Origin: Tubiluchus corallicola
Taxonomy: Eukaryota > Animalia > Priapulida
NCBI GenBank assembly: GCA_030141605.1
Contig: JAQGDQ010000172.1
Span: forward strand, 1-64,000
Direction of reading: 5' to 3'
Length of the DNA: 64,000 nt
Under the pieces are notes generated by a model. The model was not told the origin of the DNA. It did no database searches and saw nothing but the letters and a program-made list of their open reading frames with translations. Below are positions 54,701 to 61,220 of this stretch, in pieces (within the stretch, counting starts at the first letter, position 1; every line of letters starts with the position of its first letter). The translations under genes and the position numbers were made by a program.

Positions 54701-57700
54701 GTAATTTTTATTACAGAGTAGAACTGATGCCTTATTAGATCCCTCATTTATATGTTTTACGAATGCATGCAAAAGCCGTTCGGCGGAAAATAACAGTTTT
54801 CATAAATTGTTTCTAAAATAGCTGTAATTCAACTAAAAAGGTTTTTTCAAAGCAGCAAAGAACGACAGTTTGCAATTTGAGCCGTATTCCAGATTTTTAA
54901 TGCACTCTGTCTTCGCAGAGTACATCTGGCATAAAGATATGCGTCAGCACTACTTTCAACTTTTTTGCTGCTTTTTGTACAAATGAGCTGGGAAGAGGGA
55001 GTGTTAGATAGTATGTTGTTCGTCATGTAAAAGATGCTCAACTTTATTCAATTTAATTTCTGTTTTCTGACATGTAGTGAATGCACTTGTAGTCGATTTG
55101 TTAGCAAAGATGTCAATGTTCTATATAAATATTATTAGATAGTAGTATTAATCGTGGGTAATGAATCAAATTCCATCATATTTTCAGTTCACGGAAATGC
55201 CTGAGGAGGGACCTTTTAACTTGACATCAGTATTTATGAGTCTTTATCGGCTAGTGACAAATCTGCATAGCCAGGATGTTTTCACAAATTTTACAGTGTA
55301 TAATTTCTTTAATTTTGATGGTGATGCTTCGGAGTATGAAAGAGGTTTGTCGGAAACTGTGCCAAGAAGTTCATTAATGCCATTTGTGAGGCTTGTAAAC
55401 ATGTAAGTTCTGTATATTTTTATGTTAAATTTTTAATTTTAGAAATTCCTTGATTTTCATTCTATGAAAGAAATGAGTAATATTAGAATTTTAATATCCT
55501 GAAAAGTTATTGACATTTTGTTTGATATCTTGTTTGATCTAATAGCAAACGTTTTACTTTTTTGTTTTTTAAATATTTTACTTAAATATGAGGGAAATTT
55601 ATGTATGATTGTTTCACTATAGAAAAGCGTTTTTATTTGCATAAGAGCTCATCGTCATTTAAGCCTTATAAACATTTTTATGTCATTGTTATCATTGTTA
55701 TCAACTCAATGCTGAAAAAGTTGTTTTGTATAGATTTTCTCCGCTGTTGAACAATCTTAATGCTCCATTTGCTGCAGCCTTTAAGCAAGCAGAAACTTTC
55801 CTTATTGTTCATAAAGAGATCACAAATGTGATAAACAAGAAACTTCTGGCCCTCCTAGGTGAGCATTGCCTTTAATTACTAAATTATTATGTGTTTAAAG
55901 CGGCATCTGTAATTAAACTTTTTTTTTCTGTTATAAATAAATAAATTTTGCACTTTTCTGATGTGTTGTTCTCTTTAATTGTTTAATTGTTACAGTATTG
56001 GCTTGAAAACATTGCTGATTATGTATTTTTATCTAGTTGGTAACTTCACCCTAGATGATGTATTACAAGATTCCCCAAATACCAAGCAGTTTCTGGAAAG
56101 TGTATTTGAAAAGGCTCCATACTATCTAGAGGCTGTTATGAGTGCCGATATTAATGACCAGGTACTTATTTGTATTCATCAAGCAATACATGTAAATAGC
56201 AGTGTATAGTAGCTTGAATTTGCTAAAAGGTGATGCTATATGAAATCACTTGCTACCTCATTTGTCTTAATAACTAGACAATTACAACATGATCTTTAAT
56301 ACCGCAAATTTAAAGTTTGTTAGGTATCTTTTGAACATCTGTCCGTGCGCAAAATTTGAAATTCTGTGTATCATTTGTCAGTCGCAGAATCTGCTATTTG
56401 TAATCATGTTTAGGACTGATTTAGACACTCTTTCAAACCATATTCACCCTTTTAGTACTGCTGTTCTGATTAATTCATTTCATCAAAAGTCAAATCTATG
56501 TTACAATACACTGGGGCTGTAGTTTCTAACAAAGCAGGTGAAAATTTAAGATTTAAGGCATATTTATGGCAAAGAAAATTTATTCTTCTCCAGAAACTTT
56601 TAAACTAGATTTTCTATAGTTAACATTAGTATTAGTGATTCTTTATTTGCTTTAGGCAATTCATATTTTAATGTAATTATACACTTCATTAAATTTTGAA
56701 ATTGTTTTTCTGTATTTTACTTGTCACAAATTTTTATTAATTTTAACACAAACACAGGCTTATTGACTGAAATTTTACAAACTGATCTTTGCTTTTTGTC
56801 TTATTTTACAAAGTGATTTATAATTTGTCTATTTTAGTGCTTTTGTTTAATTTTGTTTAGTTTTTTTTATTAGGATTAATTTTGCAAAGAACTTTAACTT
56901 CTCTAATTTAGTACTTTTATTTAACTTTTGCCTTCAGGCAGTATCTAATTTTACAAAGTATTTTATGATTTGTGTGTTTTGGTAGTTTAGTTTGTTCTTA
57001 GTTTTGTTTAATTTTAAGGTATTGTGATTTTATTTTTAACGATGACTAACATGCCATGGACCATTATTATATTGTGTATACAATTTAATGTGATCCATGT
57101 AAACAATAAAATACTGTTCTATTCTAACCTCAACATTCGACTAAGTGCTTGATCATAAATTAACATTATTGCTGATTGCTGAATACAATAAGAGTAGGAT
57201 TTTTGCACACTTCACCGTTCGTTTCTTCTACTCAGTTACTGCAGGACAAAAAACATGGAGCATTAATTAGAGGTAAAACTTTATAAGAAATAAAATAACA
57301 GTTATATTATAATTTCATGTTGATTCATTGCTACCAAATATTACGATCGTTGATCGTTTTTGATGGTCGATGATTGATCATAGAAATGAGACCGATTCAC
57401 AATACTACTTTTAGGCTTTCATATCGAACAAGATATCATTGTGCACTGAAGATGGCAAGCTAGGAAATCTGTTAATATTCGGAGGAGATGTTGATACATC
57501 GGTGCTGGAACAGTTGTTGTGTGTTGACACTAACTTCACTGCAGTGCAAGCAGAACTAAGCAAAGAATTTTCCATATCAAAACTTGTCAAGGCGGTATGA
57601 TATTGACTTTTGATGTTCACAGTTAATTTTTGGAAAACATGTCTGCACAAATGCTTCTACCTAATGTAGTTAGGAAATGTTACCATTAGTAAATAAAAAT

Positions 57701-60700
57701 GTATTTAATAGCTATTAAATTTATCCAGTTGCTTTTCTGTTTTTCTGTAATGTTCATCTTTTAGAATTTATCTGAAAATAAGTGCACAATTCATAGATGT
57801 TCATTTCTTTTTTGAATGTCTGAAGTTATTACCTTATTTGATCAGGCATTGTGTGCTGATGCCGATGTTTAGCACTTATGTCTGTGAATATTAACTGGCA
57901 TTTATGTGTCAGACAATGTATTAAAGATTATTATTATTATATCAATAACAGTAATACTGATAATATCTCTAATATATAGTAATAAAATTTCCGTTTCTTA
58001 CACGTTAGTTTGCCGAGGAGAATACCAACAAACTGTCACTGCGTAACTGGACTTCGACAGTTCTTAGCCTTCAGGGATTTAGCAGCCTTCTCGATGGACT
58101 GCGATATCGCCTGGCTTATGAAGCACCGAATATTTATGATTTCTTTAATTTTGGTGGTAACACAACGATTTATGAGCAGCATTTAGTAGCAGCGTTGGAG
58201 GCTAATTCTGCAAGAAATAAGGAAATGGAAAAGTGAGTCATCTTTAGTAATTATATTGACACTTCCGTAACAAATTTCGCTAATCAATGCATCACTGCTT
58301 TTAAAATCCATTCTACAAAATTTGTTTTATGCTGCATTGTGCATAGATGCACTGTGTGCTACATTCTCTGTTTTTGACACATTTTTATTCATTTTAAGTT
58401 TAAGTGTAAATTTTCTGTCAAACTTCATACTTGTATGTCTGGCTTAGCTTATTCTCAGTAAAAGTGAACTACTATTATATACTGTTTAATGTGTGGACAC
58501 CATGAAGTCTGATGATTCGACTTGCTGTCTAGTATGTTTCATGTGTTAACTCTATTGCTCTGTGCTTTCTTTCATACCTAATTTCACTGCCGAGTTTATT
58601 GATGATAAAAACCTTTGGGGTAAAAACTTTGTAGGTTGATCAGTCAGCTGGATGAGCTTATGCCTTTGCTGGAAAATTCTACCGTTGGCAGAGAATTGAT
58701 TAGACAAATCCGCTTGCAAGATATCACAACACAGATGCTAACCGCAGAACTGATGAAGCACCTGTGTAAGTTGTGATTTTTCGTAAGCAGCACGAACAAG
58801 TGAACTATTCTTATAAAAAGTCAGCTGGTTGAGCCATATTGCTGAACGCTAGAATAGTGTTTTAACACAGTAATCATTGTTATGAATTACCATAATGCAA
58901 AGTGCAAGCTTATATAAGTTATATTGTGTTACAAATGAAAGTGTGGCTTGAACAGAAACTGTAAAGGTGAAATAGGGAGTAAGACTGACCAACAATATTT
59001 CGTACAGTATGGTGAAAAAACGTGAAATGCTAGGGAAGAAATTAAGGATTGAACTGATTATGAAGTTTTTTGAGTTTCAGCAAAACAAGCATAATTCGGA
59101 ATTGTATGCCATTAGTATTCCAAAATTGATTATGCAGCCATAAAGTACTAGATACTAGATACATAATATACAAGAAACATTTGGGGTAGTTTTAGATAAA
59201 ACAGTAAGTTTTTGGTGTTTTCGTTAACATACCATTGCACTATTTTCAGCCAATAGAACTTTAACTCTCAATGAAATGGTTAATAATTCGACACAATTCA
59301 TTGAAGTACTGGATGCTTTAACTGCAGTGAGTGACTCAGCTTTACAGGACTTCTTTTCGGCGGATTTTAAGTTAGAAAAGGTAACATTTATTTCTTTATT
59401 CATGAACTTTGCCATTTTTTGTTTTTCAAAAGTTTTTATTCAGTTTCATTTACTTTAGGGCAGAGGAGGGGGAAGGCAGAACTTTGTTTTTCATACTAGT
59501 GAACTGTAAATTTGTAATCTGCTCGCCAACTGATACAGTCTGCGAAACAGTACTAGATGCCAGACATTGGCAGTGATGGGCTTCAAGGAAGACAGGACTG
59601 CAAGACAGACAGAACACAGCACTAGTGTCCTTTTGAAACTGTGTGTCCACTTAATTAGTTAATTCTTAGAGACCAAATTTTATTGAAAGGCAAACTTGGC
59701 ATTGCGCTTAACGACACATTGAGTCACTGCACAAAGTGACTGGAACCACGATGATTGCTAAAGCATCACAGACTTTAGACATAAGAGGAAGAAAAAAATT
59801 GATAGTTTTTTTACTTATCTTTTGTCATTTTGGACTTGTAGGAGGGACTTTCTAAATTCTTGTATGTTGACGCACACTTGCCAGATGGCTAGTGAGCTTT
59901 GTCCAAATGGAAGCAATCAGCCATCAAGTAGAAGAACCTTTAAAAAAGGGCATCTTCGGATGGTCAGTTTTGGCCAAGATATAGTTACCTTGGAACTCAC
60001 CACCTCGTGTATGCAGACATTTACTGGCTTTGCCTAGTTCAGAGTGGGTACTTAACTACAGCCAATCAAAAATGAACATCCAAATTATAAAACTGAGAAC
60101 CTTTTGCAGTTTTACTTCATGTCCATGGTGTATTTCTAACTGCAACATTCCCGAGTGGATTAGTATTTTAGTGTAGGCAGTAGTAATACAAGAAATATTT
60201 TTCATATTGCACCAGGAAAATAATCTCACATTTTTTAGTTTCAGCAGTTGATTTCGTCGGATGATCCACAACAGATGTTGTGTAATACTTCTCTGGCAGA
60301 CATTATCACTCTGCAGCCAACGTCTGTCAGCTCACTAGATGATGTGAAACAGTCAATCTGTTCTCTTAACGTTACTTTGCTCGTCAAGGAGTTAAACATG
60401 CAGCCCAGCAATTCATTCCAAGCTGAGGTACCTTTTCACTTTTCATACACTATGAGGGTTTTCTATATAGGACTAAAATAGTTGTGTGAATAATACCAAA
60501 TTAACATCTCTATGTGTATTAATGTCTAGTAATGGATAGTAATGATACTAACATGAAGAAAGAATAATACGTTTGATTCTTTAGTGTATAGAAATTCAGC
60601 AGTTAAAAGTGAGTTGGTTTGATGCAGTCAAACTGAAATACCTATAACATCAGCATTAAAAGCTTTTTTAGTTGCTGTTGATGAGAAATGGTTTGATTGG

Positions 60701-61183
60701 CAGTTAGCTCTATCTTCTGTAAATGGATGAAATATCTTGCATTTCAAGATGATGATAATGATAATGATGATGATGGTAATGGTGATGATGGTGATGACTA
60801 CGGCGATCAACGATGAGGATGATGATACTGGCAGTGATGATGACACTTTTTCTGAAGTAACTTTTGGTGCTTTCTGTCTACGAGACAACATTGTAGCAAT
60901 AATAGCGTTACGTCTAATTCGTTTTTGTTTTCAGATATATGAACTGTATCGGCCAGATGCAAACCTAACTGTGAACTGGTTAGAATTTTTCAAACACCAA
61001 GAGGAATATCAGCTAGCACTTGCTAATGTTGTTAGAGAATCAACCAGAATGAAAATGAAATCATTTGAAGAATATGTTGATTTTGGAGGCTTTGACAGGT
61101 TCTTAAAAAGCCTGGGCGAACAACTGATGAATGACAGCAATCCCGAAAAGTATGTACTGCATATGTTTCAAAAAGCACTTATG

Positions 61184-61220
<37 letters not shown>

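Noticed and set aside
60737-60934. Met/Asp-rich N-terminal part of the 149-aa ORF
   Set aside because: (GAT)n repeat in an intron; the real exon starts at 60935.
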